Positions 1 to 9,596 of a stretch of DNA of 64,000 nucleotides are shown in pieces (position 1 is the first letter of the stretch; every line of letters starts with the position of its first letter). The translations under genes and the position numbers were made by a program. The DNA comes from Treponemataceae bacterium (GTDB lineage: Bacteria > Spirochaetota > Spirochaetia > Treponematales > Rectinemataceae), in assembly GCA_963677895.2 (NCBI GenBank), contig CAXXGJ010000017.1:32001-96000 (forward strand), read 5' to 3'. The notes under the pieces were generated by a model that saw only the letters and a program-made list of their open reading frames with translations, did no database searches and was not told the origin of the DNA.

Positions 1-546
1 TCCGTCAACAACCCGATCTACATCAGACCCCTGCAGCCCGGCCTCATCCACGCGGCGACCTCCGAAATCCCGCCCTATGTAGGATATGTGGATATCGAAG
101 CCTATCCGAAGAACTTTGCCGAACTCTCCCGATCGGACATATTCATAGCCGCCAATTACCCATCGGCCTTTTTCGCCGGCTCCCTTCCCATGGAAGCGGC
201 TTCCATTCCCATCGGCGCGATCGTCGTCACCGGACGCTTTTCAGACAAGACGGGCATGGCGGCTTATCAAATTTCCCAAAAGGAAACAGGCGGCGCCCCG
301 AAAGCCCCAGAGCCGCGATACATCCTCGATATCCATATGTTGATGAAGGATGAGGCCACGGCGAAGGCCTATAAGCCTGTCGTAAAGTTCCTCTGGACGG
401 CGGCCGCCGGAAAACTGTTCCAGGGAAACGTGGATTTGAGCGCTTCGCCTCTCACGTTGGAAAACGACAGTTATGTGGTGAGGAATATCGAGATGGACGC
501 GACAGCGCTTAGGTCTGTGCTTGTCGCATCGCTTCTGGCTCCATGA
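1..546 (+). CDS. Hypothetical protein, 5'-truncated by the window
   Basis: Frame 1 is open from base 1 (SVNNPIYIRP...) into the listed ORF, stop TGA at 544-546; no motif recognised. Confidence 0.6.
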   Translation, partial: SVNNPIYIRPLQPGLIHAATSEIPPYVGYVDIEAYPKNFAELSRSDIFIAANYPSAFFAGSLPMEAASIPIGAIVVTGRFSDKTGMAAYQISQKETGGAPKAPEPRYILDIHMLMKDEATAKAYKPVVKFLWTAAAGKLFQGNVDLSASPLTLENDSYVVRNIEMDATALRSVLVASLLAP

Positions 547-559
547 GCGGGCGGCGGCA

Positions 560-1981
560 TCAATCTCCCAGGATTCTCTCGTATGGCAGCGATCCGGCGG
601 GAGCCGGTTTTGCCTTGGCGAATGCCGCCACGAGGTCGACGAGGGCCTGAGGCAGCGGATAGGCGGGATTCGTGAAGGAATCGTAGTTTTCCTTCTCCGT
701 GTTCACCTGCTTGAGTGCGTAATTCATCGAAGGAATGACGCGGGCGGCTGCCCCGGGCCTAGCGTCCAGGAGCCTCTCGAAGGCCGCCCGCGGCACCTGC
801 AGATCGGCCGAACCGTAAATGAAGAGAACGGGCGCCCTTACCTTGGCCATTTCCGCCGCCGGGCTGAATCTCAGCCAGGAGGCCAGCCATCCGAGGCGGG
901 AGCTCGCGAAAAAATCCGAAAGCGCGCCCGAGGGCGCCGGAAAGGACTTCCCCGCCAGCAGCGCCTCCACGATCGCCTCGGCCTCGGCCCTTGTCGCTTC
1001 ATCGAGCTCGCCAAGCGAAGCCCTGAGATCTTCCAGCGGTTCCCGGCCGGAACTGTCCAGAACCAGAAGCCCATCGATGACAAATCCTTCCTTCGACAGC
1101 AGGTTGGCCGCGGCCGCTCCCACCCATGCTCCCTCGTTCATCCCCGCGACGACAATCCTGGAGAACCCATCCATGCCGCCGAGCAGTTTCAAGGCCCGGA
1201 CGGCATCGAGGACATGCTCCGTCAGGCTGGCCGTCACGCCATGGCGCTCAAGCATGTACGACTCCCCCGAGCCCCGCTTGTCGTACCGGTAGGAAGCGAC
1301 GCCCTTCTTCGCCAAAGCCCCTGCCAGCATGACCAGGCTGTCCGATTTCCCGGGAACGTTGTAATTATTGCCATTTCTATCGGTCGTTCCGGCTCCCGCC
1401 AGGAGGAGGACGAGCGGCGCTTGCGGCTGACTGGATTCAGGCAGGAGGAGCGTGCCCGGAAGTATGCCGTCTTCGGTGGGGATGGAGAGGGGTGTCTCGT
1501 TTCGATCGGGCGCCGGGGCAGTCTTGGTCAGTTTGAAGGAACCTTTCCATGACGCGGATTTGGCCGTGCCGATGATGGCGCCGCCCGTGGCCGAGGCATA
1601 GAATCCTTCGAAGACCAGCTCCTCATCGGGTCCGAGGGCGTCGAGGGCGAAATGAATTCTTCCTTCGCTCCAGCTCACATCATCGAGGGGGTAGCCGAAC
1701 ATCGACTGTTCGGGAATATCCATCAGGGCGCCCTGGCCTTTCGCCAGGATCTTCAGCCTGAGGCTCGAGGCAAGCGAGCCCTGCCCTTCCTCTCCCCCCT
1801 GTCCCCCAATCCCAGCCGCGCCGGCAGGGGCAGCCTTGCGTATCGCAAGATTGCCCTCCCATACCCCTTCCGAAATGCTTTTTTTCTGAGGGTCGGGCTC
1901 GGGACTCAAGGCATGGGAGGCCGAACCGCCAAAGGCGAGCGCCAGGAAGAAGACTATGGTTGTGGCGAAAAAACGTTTCAT
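560..1981 (-). CDS. Secreted alpha/beta-hydrolase-fold protein with degenerate catalytic triad
   Basis: Signal peptide, N-terminal beta domain, GAGTTDRNGN, RYDKRGSGES, GSADLQV; nucleophile elbow reads GMNEG and the His loop reads SMNYALK. Confidence 0.85.
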   Translation of the reverse strand: MKRFFATTIVFFLALAFGGSASHALSPEPDPQKKSISEGVWEGNLAIRKAAPAGAAGIGGQGGEEGQGSLASSLRLKILAKGQGALMDIPEQSMFGYPLDDVSWSEGRIHFALDALGPDEELVFEGFYASATGGAIIGTAKSASWKGSFKLTKTAPAPDRNETPLSIPTEDGILPGTLLLPESSQPQAPLVLLLAGAGTTDRNGNNYNVPGKSDSLVMLAGALAKKGVASYRYDKRGSGESYMLERHGVTASLTEHVLDAVRALKLLGGMDGFSRIVVAGMNEGAWVGAAAANLLSKEGFVIDGLLVLDSSGREPLEDLRASLGELDEATRAEAEAIVEALLAGKSFPAPSGALSDFFASSRLGWLASWLRFSPAAEMAKVRAPVLFIYGSADLQVPRAAFERLLDARPGAAARVIPSMNYALKQVNTEKENYDSFTNPAYPLPQALVDLVAAFAKAKPAPAGSLPYERILGD

Positions 1982-1992
1982 GATGACTCCGC

Positions 1993-2622
1993 CTACGCTC
2001 TCAGAACCTCCGAGAACCTTTCGTAGACGGAATCAGGAGAGCCCGAGCCGTCGATAGTCACGAGACGATCCAAATTGCCGTACCATTGAATGAGTGGTTC
2101 GGTCTGGTCCCTGTAGGCCGCCAGCCTGGTCTTGATCGATTCCTCGTGGTCGTCCGGTCTGGTATACAGCGGACCGCCACATGTGTCGCAGACACCTGAC
2201 GCGGCGGGCGGCATGGTGGAAATATGGTAGATCCTCCCGCAATTCCTGCAGACTCTACGTCCCGTGAGGCGGAAGAGAATTGTCTCGTCCTGGACATCGA
2301 AATTGACGACAAGATCCACCTTGTCGATCGATTGCAGCGCCTCGGCTTGTACGACGGTGCGAGGAAATCCGTCCAGAATCCAGCCATTCTTCGCGTCGGC
2401 CAGGGAAAGCCTCTCCTTCACGAGGGAGATCGTCAGGTCGTCCGGCACGAGGCTGCCTTCCGCCAATATGCTTTTCACTTGCTTGCCGAGTTCGGTCTCG
2501 TTCTTAATGGCCGCCCGGAAAAGATCGCCGGTGGATATATGGGGCACTCCCAGTCTTTTGGAAGCCATCGCCGCGAGCGTGCCCTTGCCAGCCCCCGGAG
2601 GACCCAAGAATATCATTTTCAT
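1993..2622 (-). CDS. adk: Adenylate kinase with Zn-type LID
   Basis: GPPGAGKGT, HISTGDLFR, LDGFPRT, LID CxxC...CxxC, RPDD. Confidence 0.97.
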   Translation of the reverse strand: MKMIFLGPPGAGKGTLAAMASKRLGVPHISTGDLFRAAIKNETELGKQVKSILAEGSLVPDDLTISLVKERLSLADAKNGWILDGFPRTVVQAEALQSIDKVDLVVNFDVQDETILFRLTGRRVCRNCGRIYHISTMPPAASGVCDTCGGPLYTRPDDHEESIKTRLAAYRDQTEPLIQWYGNLDRLVTIDGSGSPDSVYERFSEVLRA

Positions 2623-2705
2623 GCTGAATACGCTCCAATTTCAATTTCTATCGCACAAGAATATCCCTTGGGAAGGTTTAAGTAAACTGGCATCGATCAG
2701 GCCGG

Positions 2706-2762
2706 AACGCGCGCTCCAGCCAACGCGCGCTCCAGCGAGTTCGCGCTCCAGCGCGCTCAAGC
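2706..2762. repeat. Three 16-bp tandem units (core CGCGCTCCAGC) plus a variant spanning the adjacent stop codon
   Basis: aacgcgcgctccagcc / aacgcgcgctccagcg / agttcgcgctccagcg, then cgctcaagc. Confidence 0.85.
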
Positions 2763-3719
2763 TCTATCGAGCTTATGTTCCGGCCGGATGGACCAGGGTT
2801 GGTTCATATTATAGCGAAATATGATTTCGAGCTTGTCACGTATGCTCTCGGTCGGGAGAAAGAGCGTGATGGCGCGATTCTGGCGAAAATCGGTGCTCGA
2901 AGGCGTTCCGACCACGCTTCGCTCGAAATGGACCGGTATCCCCTGGTCCCTTATCTGCTTGAGATAAGGCGCGAACTGTCCCTTCGCGCTTCTTCTCGCC
3001 ACGTAGACGGAATGGCTGAATTCGACGCCCGAGAGCGAAGCCTGTTTTCGCCATATGTTTAGGTCTTCCTCGATGAAGCGCGCCGCGATCGGGAGGACAT
3101 CAGACCCTATGAGGTGGGTCAGCTCCAGTTTCATGCCCGTATGCATCGCGATGAACCTGCGGATAATCTCTATCGTATCGGCTTCATTCCCGAGGTCGAG
3201 GGACAGAATGAAGGGCTCAAAAAGCCCGGCCAGCTGCATTTTAGCGATCTGGAACCTGAAGGGGTAATCGGTTTTTTGGGGCTTGCCCGGATTGGACGAA
3301 CCCTCGGGAACGACGATGATGATGTCGGAGTCATTATGGGGGGAAGCGAGGAGTCTGAGTGCTATGGTGAGGTGCGTCAGCTGAAAGGGATCGAAGGAAC
3401 CGATGTACATAGCCACCCTGGCGACACCGTTGGGATAGCGCACGATTTTCGGGTAATCCCTTGTATCGAGGGGATGCATTTCCCCCTTGCGCGCCTTTTC
3501 ATCTATATCGTAGAGCGCCTGGACGATGAGCTGTTCGTAATAGGAGTAATCTTTGAGCTCGCGGGGGCCGATGTAGCCCAGATGGGGAAGGGATTCGAAT
3601 ATCTTCTTCAGGCGCTTGGCGAGAAGATCAACTTTTTGGTTTGAAAATTTGGATGGCCACAGACATGGAAAGCTGTAGGAAGAACCCGGCAAAGGCTCCT
3701 TTTTGTCTAGTTGATCCAT
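2757..3719 (-). CDS. NadD-like HxGH-superfamily nucleotidyltransferase-fold protein with N-terminal extension
   Basis: IGSFDPFQLTH (cf. GxFDPxHxGH), R..xAKM helix, LIGSD, PSSTDFR (cf. ISSTxIR); start ATG 3719 or TTG 3746. Confidence 0.7.
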   Translation of the reverse strand: MDQLDKKEPLPGSSYSFPCLWPSKFSNQKVDLLAKRLKKIFESLPHLGYIGPRELKDYSYYEQLIVQALYDIDEKARKGEMHPLDTRDYPKIVRYPNGVARVAMYIGSFDPFQLTHLTIALRLLASPHNDSDIIIVVPEGSSNPGKPQKTDYPFRFQIAKMQLAGLFEPFILSLDLGNEADTIEIIRRFIAMHTGMKLELTHLIGSDVLPIAARFIEEDLNIWRKQASLSGVEFSHSVYVARRSAKGQFAPYLKQIRDQGIPVHFERSVVGTPSSTDFRQNRAITLFLPTESIRDKLEIIFRYNMNQPWSIRPEHKLDRA

Positions 3720-3860
3720 TGCTACAGTATTCAATGGAAAATACATAAATGCAACAATTTTTGATTAAGATATTTAAATAATATTTTACCGATATAATTA
3801 ACAATTTATTATCTACTCAAATATTTTTTATATTTATCTCTATTTATCTATATTTTTTTC

Positions 3861-3888
3861 TTGACAAACTTTCCAGGCGGCGCATACT
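3861..3888 (+). promoter_or_regulatory. Putative sigma70 promoter of the hydrogenase operon with AT-rich upstream tract
   Basis: TTGACA-16 nt-CATACT, preceded by a very AT-rich stretch at about 3750-3860. Confidence 0.5.
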
Positions 3889-3953
3889 GCAATCATACAG
3901 GAACCAATGGTTGGCACAAACTTGTACTTCGGTTCGATCGACAAGGAGGCTTT

Positions 3954-4469
3954 ATGCCATCGATCACCGTGAAACAGCCAAGTTCGGACATCGAGCGGAT
4001 TGTTCACAACAACCTCGGAACTCCTGGGAGCCTGCTGAAAATTCTCGAACAGGCCCAGGAAAACGATCCCAAGCATTATCTATCGGAAGAGACCCTCAAA
4101 AATGTCGCTGACCTCGTGGGAGCGCCGCTCTCGCAGGTCTACTCGATGGCGACATTCTATTCTTTCTTCAACCTCAAGCCGCAGGGCAAACACTCCATCG
4201 TCGTCTGCAGGGGAACGGCTTGCCATACCAGAGGCTCCCTCGCCCTTCTCAACGAAGCGCTGTCCCGCATGGGAATCCAGGGTTTCAAGGAAGAGGAGGA
4301 AAATTCGGCCACAAGTCCCGACAGCTTCGTTTCTATCAGGACAGTCGCCTGCTTCGGTCAATGCGCCCTCGCCCCTGTCGTCATGATAGACGGGGTGGTG
4401 AAATCCAGGATGACCATCGGAAAACTGGTCTCCCTCCTCGATAAGCTCAAAAAAGGAGGCGACAAATGA
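3954..4469 (+). CDS. NuoE-like [2Fe-2S] hydrogenase subunit (HydC/HndA type)
   Basis: ATFYSFF, CRGTAC...CFGQCALAP; GGAGG RBS before ATG 3954. Confidence 0.93.
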   Translation: MPSITVKQPSSDIERIVHNNLGTPGSLLKILEQAQENDPKHYLSEETLKNVADLVGAPLSQVYSMATFYSFFNLKPQGKHSIVVCRGTACHTRGSLALLNEALSRMGIQGFKEEEENSATSPDSFVSIRTVACFGQCALAPVVMIDGVVKSRMTIGKLVSLLDKLKKGGDK

Positions 4470-7400
4470 ACGCCGTCATCGACCTCGGAGACCTCCGGAA
4501 AAAAGGATTGTCCCATATCGTCAACGGAACACCCTGGATATCGGTAGGATTGGGTACCTGCGGCATCGGCAACGGAGCCGATGAAGTATTCGCCGCCATA
4601 GAAGAGTCTATCAAGAGCACGAAAATCGCCGCCAAGGCGAGGCGCGTGGGCTGTTTCGGTTTCTGCGCGGCCGAACCTGTTGTCATGGCCTATCGCCCGG
4701 GAAAACCCCTTCTCATGTTCGCCGACGTAAAGGCCTCGAAGGCGCTTCTCCTCGTGAAAGGCCTGGCCGACGATGCCGCCTTCGAGAAGATCGCCAAGCT
4801 GGCCGAAGCCAAGATAGAGTCCTGGGATTTCAGGACTCATACCGTGACCTTCGGGCAAGGCTTCCCCTTCCTTCCGACATGGAAGGAGCTGGCCTTTTTC
4901 AAGGGACAGGAAAAGTTGGTTCTCAGGGACTGCGGTCTCATCGATCCCGAGCAGATCGAGGAATATATTGGGGTGGGAGGCTACACCGGCCTCCTCAAGG
5001 CCCTCACCACCATGACGCCCGATTCGATAATCGAGGAAGTAAAAAAATCCGGTCTTCGCGGACGAGGCGGGGCGGGCTTCCCGACTTGGAAGAAATGGCG
5101 GATCATGCGGGACAACGCCCTGGCCAATCCCGGGGAAACCTACGTCATATGCAACGCCGACGAAGGCGACCCTGGCGCCTACATGAACAGGAACGAGATA
5201 GAATCCGATCCCCATATGCTCCTCGAAGGGATCATCACCGGGGCATACGCCATGGGCGCTACGCAGGGCATCGTCTACGTGCGCGCCGAATACCCGCTGG
5301 CCGTGCAGCGTCTCACGAAGGCGCTCGAGCAGGCGAGAAAAGCGGGCTTGCTCGGCAAGAATATACTGGGAAGCAAGTTCAATTTCGACATCGATATCGT
5401 GACAGGCGCGGGCGCCTTTGTCTGCGGCGAGGAAACCGCTCTAATCGCCTCCATCGAGGGCAAGGCTGGACGTCCCGCTCCCAGGCCGCCCTTCCCCGCC
5501 CAAAAAGGGCTTTACGGCAGGCCTACGACCATCGGCAACGTGGAATCCTGGTGCAATGTGCCGGTCATCGTCGCCCGGGGCGGAGAGTATTTCGCCGCGA
5601 TCGGAACGCCCCTGAGCACCGGCACCAAGGTATTTTCCTTTGTCGGCAAGGTGCGCAACACCGGTCTCGTGGAGCTGCCACTGGGCTCCACGCTCGAAAG
5701 CGCCGTGTACGGCATGTGCGAGGGCATGGGTCCGAAGAAGAAGATCAAGGGGCTCCAGTCTGGCGGCCCGTCAGGCGGCTGCATTCCCGCCTCGCTCTTC
5801 AAGACGCCGATCGACTACGAACATCTGACCGAACTGGGCGCCATCATGGGCTCGGGCGGCATGGTCGTCATGGATCAGGACAACTGCATGGTCGACGTGG
5901 CACGCTATTTCATCAGCTTCACCGCGAGCGAGTCCTGCGGCAAATGCACGCCCTGCCGGGAAGGCACGGCCCAGATGCTCAACATTCTGCAGGGCGTGGC
6001 GGACGGCGAGGCGAGCGAGCAGGATCTCAAGACGCTGGAGGCTCTGGCTCTCTCCGTGAAGGACTCCGCGCTCTGCGGACTCGGTCAGACCGCGGCCAAT
6101 CCCGTGCTCACTACCCTGAAGTATTTCCGTGACGAATACATCCAACACATCAAGGCCAAGCGATGCCCGGCCGGCATCTGCGAAAATCTCTATGTCGCCC
6201 TCTGCGAATCCTCCTGTCCGCTGCATATGAACATCCCCGGTTATCTGCAGCTGCTCAAGGAAAACAGGATCGAGGATGCCTTCGAGCTCACCCTCCGCGA
6301 GAATCCGCTGCCCGGTTCCCTCGGCCGCATCTGCCATTTCCACTGCAGGATGCGCTGCAGGCGCGACATGCTCGACGAGCCGGTGTCCCAGGGTGAAATC
6401 CATCGCTACCTCGCCGATTCCATGTACAAAATGGGAAGGGAAAAATCGATCTACAACAGGCTCATCAAGGAAAAGCTGCCTCCCACCGGAAAAAAGATAG
6501 CCATCGTCGGCGCCGGTCCCGCGGGTCTCGCGGCGGCCTTCTGGCTTTCGCGGCTCGGTCATGAGGTGACAGTCTACGACGCTGAAAGCGAGGCCGGCGG
6601 CGTGCTCAGATGGGGAATTCCCTCCTATCGCCTCCCCAAGGACGTGCTGAAGAAAGAAATTTCCTTTATCCAGAAGCTGGGCGCGCGCTTTATCTTCAAT
6701 ACGAGAATGGAGACGAAGGAACAATGGCAGAGGCTTCTCGACGCCTCCGACGCCGTCATCATCGCCGCGGGAGCCGGAAGCGAGATAAGCCTCAACATCC
6801 CCGGGGAAAACCTGAAAGGCGTCATACCCGCGAGCGAACTGCTCAAGAATATCAGCGAAGGCCAGAAGCCCAAAATCGGCAGCGAAGTGATTGTCGTGGG
6901 CGGCGGAAACTCGGCGATCGACGCGGCTAGGTCCGCGCTGAGGCTCGGCGCCCATGTCACGCTCGTGTACAGAAGGGCTCGCTCCGATATGCCAGCCAAC
7001 GTCGAGGAACTTACCGGCGCGCTGGAAGAAGGCGTTTCGCTCACCTGCATGACGCAGCCCGTCGAAGTGCTGGGCAACGGAAACGCGCAGAATCCCAAGG
7101 CCAAGGCGCTCAAGGTCCAGAGAATGAAGGCCGGCCCCGTGGATTCCTCGGGCCGCCCCAGACCGGTGCCCACCGACGATTTCTACGAGATTCCCTGCGA
7201 CTCGATCATCGTCGCCATCGGCGAGAAGGTGAACATTGCGGGTCTGGATGCCATCGATGTAAGCGTGGAGCGGGACGGCCGCCTCAAGGCCGATCCCTAT
7301 TCGCTGCGTTCCGCCAATCCCAAGGTGATTGTCTGCGGCGACGCGGCGATGGGGCCCGCGACAGCGGCCGAAGCCATGGGGCAGGCGCGAATCGCCGCCG

Positions 7401-7666
7401 AATCGCTCGACGAGACGCTCACCGGCGAAAAACGCTTCCAGAAATTGTTCAGGTCCTTCGAATACAAGATGCAAGTGCCGAACAAGCTCACCAAGGCCAA
7501 GATGACCAGGGCGGTATTCATACCGGTGGATGCCCGCAAGAGCAACTTCATGGAAATTTCCCTCGGTTACACGGGCGAGCAGGCGCGGATCGAAGCCGAA
7601 CGCTGCTTGCGCTGCGATGTTCGCGATCGGAAGCGCCAGACCTACAGCGCTCCGCTGGAAGAATAA
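4466..7666 (+). CDS. NuoF-like diaphorase (HydB/HndBC type) fused to a C-terminal GltD/NfnB-like FAD/NADPH oxidoreductase
   Basis: SGLRGRGGAGFP, NADEGDPGAYM, GAFVCGEETAL, GGPSGG, ESCGKCTPCREG; then CESSCP..GRIC..C...CRR, VGAGPAG, GGGNSA..YRR, C-terminal EAERCLRC. Confidence 0.92.
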   Translation: MNAVIDLGDLRKKGLSHIVNGTPWISVGLGTCGIGNGADEVFAAIEESIKSTKIAAKARRVGCFGFCAAEPVVMAYRPGKPLLMFADVKASKALLLVKGLADDAAFEKIAKLAEAKIESWDFRTHTVTFGQGFPFLPTWKELAFFKGQEKLVLRDCGLIDPEQIEEYIGVGGYTGLLKALTTMTPDSIIEEVKKSGLRGRGGAGFPTWKKWRIMRDNALANPGETYVICNADEGDPGAYMNRNEIESDPHMLLEGIITGAYAMGATQGIVYVRAEYPLAVQRLTKALEQARKAGLLGKNILGSKFNFDIDIVTGAGAFVCGEETALIASIEGKAGRPAPRPPFPAQKGLYGRPTTIGNVESWCNVPVIVARGGEYFAAIGTPLSTGTKVFSFVGKVRNTGLVELPLGSTLESAVYGMCEGMGPKKKIKGLQSGGPSGGCIPASLFKTPIDYEHLTELGAIMGSGGMVVMDQDNCMVDVARYFISFTASESCGKCTPCREGTAQMLNILQGVADGEASEQDLKTLEALALSVKDSALCGLGQTAANPVLTTLKYFRDEYIQHIKAKRCPAGICENLYVALCESSCPLHMNIPGYLQLLKENRIEDAFELTLRENPLPGSLGRICHFHCRMRCRRDMLDEPVSQGEIHRYLADSMYKMGREKSIYNRLIKEKLPPTGKKIAIVGAGPAGLAAAFWLSRLGHEVTVYDAESEAGGVLRWGIPSYRLPKDVLKKEISFIQKLGARFIFNTRMETKEQWQRLLDASDAVIIAAGAGSEISLNIPGENLKGVIPASELLKNISEGQKPKIGSEVIVVGGGNSAIDAARSALRLGAHVTLVYRRARSDMPANVEELTGALEEGVSLTCMTQPVEVLGNGNAQNPKAKALKVQRMKAGPVDSSGRPRPVPTDDFYEIPCDSIIVAIGEKVNIAGLDAIDVSVERDGRLKADPYSLRSANPKVIVCGDAAMGPATAAEAMGQARIAAESLDETLTGEKRFQKLFRSFEYKMQVPNKLTKAKMTRAVFIPVDARKSNFMEISLGYTGEQARIEAERCLRCDVRDRKRQTYSAPLEE

Positions 7667-7678
7667 AGGGGGAATGCC

Positions 7679-9460
7679 ATGGAAACCAAAAATATAGCGA
7701 TTACCGTCGACGGACACAGCCTTGAAGTGGACCCCGAACAGACCCTCATCGAGGCCTGCGCCAAGGCAGGGGTAAAGATTCCGACGCTCTGCTACATGAA
7801 GGATATATCGTCCAACGCGTCCTGCGGCGTATGCGTCGTCGAAGTCGAAGGCGCCAAATCGCTCATCAGATCCTGTGTCCAGAAGCCGATGCCGGGAATG
7901 AAGATACACACGGCCAGTGCCAGGGTGATAAATGCCCGCAGGACGGCCATTGAGCTTCTCCTGGCCAATCATCCGACGGATTGTCTTTCCTGCATACGAT
8001 CGGGAACCTGCGAGCTGCGGACGCTTTCGGAGTCGCTCGGCGTTCGCGCCTCCCATTTTCCCAAGCTCAAGAAATATCCGCAGCCCGACAATTCCTCGGA
8101 TGGCCTCGTGCGCGACGACTCCAAGTGCATACTCTGCGGGCGCTGCGTGGCCGTTTGCGCCGAAGTCCAGTCCGTTCACGCGATCGCCTTCGCTGGACGC
8201 GGCGCGAGAACGCGCGTCAGCACCTTCATGGACAGGGGACTGGCGTATAGCCCCTGCGTCCAGTGCGGCCAATGTTCGGTCGTCTGTCCCACCGCCGCGA
8301 TTTCGGAAAGAGACCAGTCCCAGGAGGTTCTCGGGGCGCTAGCGGCACCAGGTCTCAATATGGTGGTCCAGACGGCTCCCGCGATCCGCGCCTCCCTCGG
8401 CGAAGCCTTGGGGATGCCTCCGGGAAGTCTCGTCACAGGCAAGATGGTTGCCGCGCTGCGGCGCCTCGGATTCTCCAAGGTATTCGACACCCAGTTCACC
8501 GCCGACCTCACCATCATGGAAGAGGGCACGGAACTCATCAACAGGATCAAGGGCGGCGGCACCCTGCCGATGATCACCTCCTGCTCGCCCGGGTGGATCA
8601 ACTTCATCGAGACATTCTATCCGAGCCTCCTGCCCCATCTTTCCACGTGCAAGAGTCCCCAGCAGATGTTCGGCGCGGTGGCCAAGACCTTCTATTCCGA
8701 AAAAGCCGGAATATCCCCGGAATCCATGCGCGTGGTCTCCATCATGCCCTGCACGGCCAAAAAGGGCGAAACGAAGCGGAACGGAATGGATTCGGCGTAC
8801 ACCTGGTGGAACGAAAAAGCCGGAATAAAACCCGGGGCGAAAAAGCCTGTTCATTACCAGGATGTCGACTGGGCGCTCACGACCAGGGAATTGGCGAGAA
8901 TGATACGCCTCGCCGGCATCGAGATAGCCTCCCTGCCCGAGGAAGAATTCGACAGTCCTCTGGGAACGTCAACGGGAGCGGCCACCATCTTCGGCACGAC
9001 GGGCGGCGTCATGGAAGCGGCCTTACGGACCGTCTACGAAATCCTCGAGGGCAAACCCCTGCCCAGAACCGACTTCACGCCCGTCAGAGGGCTGCAGGGC
9101 ATAAAGACGGCCGAAGTGCCTGCGGCTGGGATGAAGATTCGCGTAGCCGTGGCCCACGGCCTGAAAAACGCCCGCGTCATCCTCGACGAAATGGCCGCGG
9201 GGAAAAGTCCTTACCATTTCATCGAGGTGATGTCCTGCCCCGGCGGATGCATCGGCGGAGGCGGCCAGCCCGTTCTCCCCGACATGGACAAGAAGCTTGC
9301 GCGCAATCTCTCGCTCTATGCCGAGGATCTCAGGCTCCCCGAGCGAAAGTCCCACCTGAATCTGGAAGTGAGCGCCCTCTACAAGGAATTCCTGGGAAAT
9401 CCTGCGGGGCACTTATCGCATGAACTGCTGCATACAACCTATGCGGCCAGGAATTTCTAG
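7679..9460 (+). CDS. hydA: Group A [FeFe]-hydrogenase catalytic subunit (HydA/HndD type)
   Basis: H-cluster motifs TSCSPGW, MPCTAKKGE, EVMSCPGGCIGGGGQP; N-terminal [2Fe-2S], His-ligated [4Fe-4S] and 2x[4Fe-4S] motifs. Confidence 0.96.
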   Translation: METKNIAITVDGHSLEVDPEQTLIEACAKAGVKIPTLCYMKDISSNASCGVCVVEVEGAKSLIRSCVQKPMPGMKIHTASARVINARRTAIELLLANHPTDCLSCIRSGTCELRTLSESLGVRASHFPKLKKYPQPDNSSDGLVRDDSKCILCGRCVAVCAEVQSVHAIAFAGRGARTRVSTFMDRGLAYSPCVQCGQCSVVCPTAAISERDQSQEVLGALAAPGLNMVVQTAPAIRASLGEALGMPPGSLVTGKMVAALRRLGFSKVFDTQFTADLTIMEEGTELINRIKGGGTLPMITSCSPGWINFIETFYPSLLPHLSTCKSPQQMFGAVAKTFYSEKAGISPESMRVVSIMPCTAKKGETKRNGMDSAYTWWNEKAGIKPGAKKPVHYQDVDWALTTRELARMIRLAGIEIASLPEEEFDSPLGTSTGAATIFGTTGGVMEAALRTVYEILEGKPLPRTDFTPVRGLQGIKTAEVPAAGMKIRVAVAHGLKNARVILDEMAAGKSPYHFIEVMSCPGGCIGGGGQPVLPDMDKKLARNLSLYAEDLRLPERKSHLNLEVSALYKEFLGNPAGHLSHELLHTTYAARNF

Positions 9461-9504
9461 GGTTTCTCGCCTATGTCGATTTCCGGATGTTTCATGATTG
9501 TGTT

Positions 9505-9541
9505 GACGAGGGCGTCCCGCGAAAAGCGGGACGCCCTCGTC
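9505..9541 (+). terminator. Perfect 16-bp hairpin after the hydrogenase operon
   Basis: gacgagggcgtcccgc-gaaaa-gcgggacgccctcgtc; no clear U tract. Confidence 0.65.
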
Positions 9542-9596
9542 CTATATTCCAGAGCCTTCTCTGGACAAAAGCCCGCCGGCAAGGTACTACAATAAC

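Noticed and set aside
3750..3953. Rex operator upstream of the hydrogenase
   Set aside because: No convincing TTGTGAA-N4-TTCACAA; the only TTCACAA lies inside the first CDS
5771..8272. 833-aa ORF antisense to the hydrogenase genes, and similar shadows over glmS, groEL and the liv and ABC genes
   Set aside because: Expected from GC3 bias; the opposite strand carries clear conserved proteins
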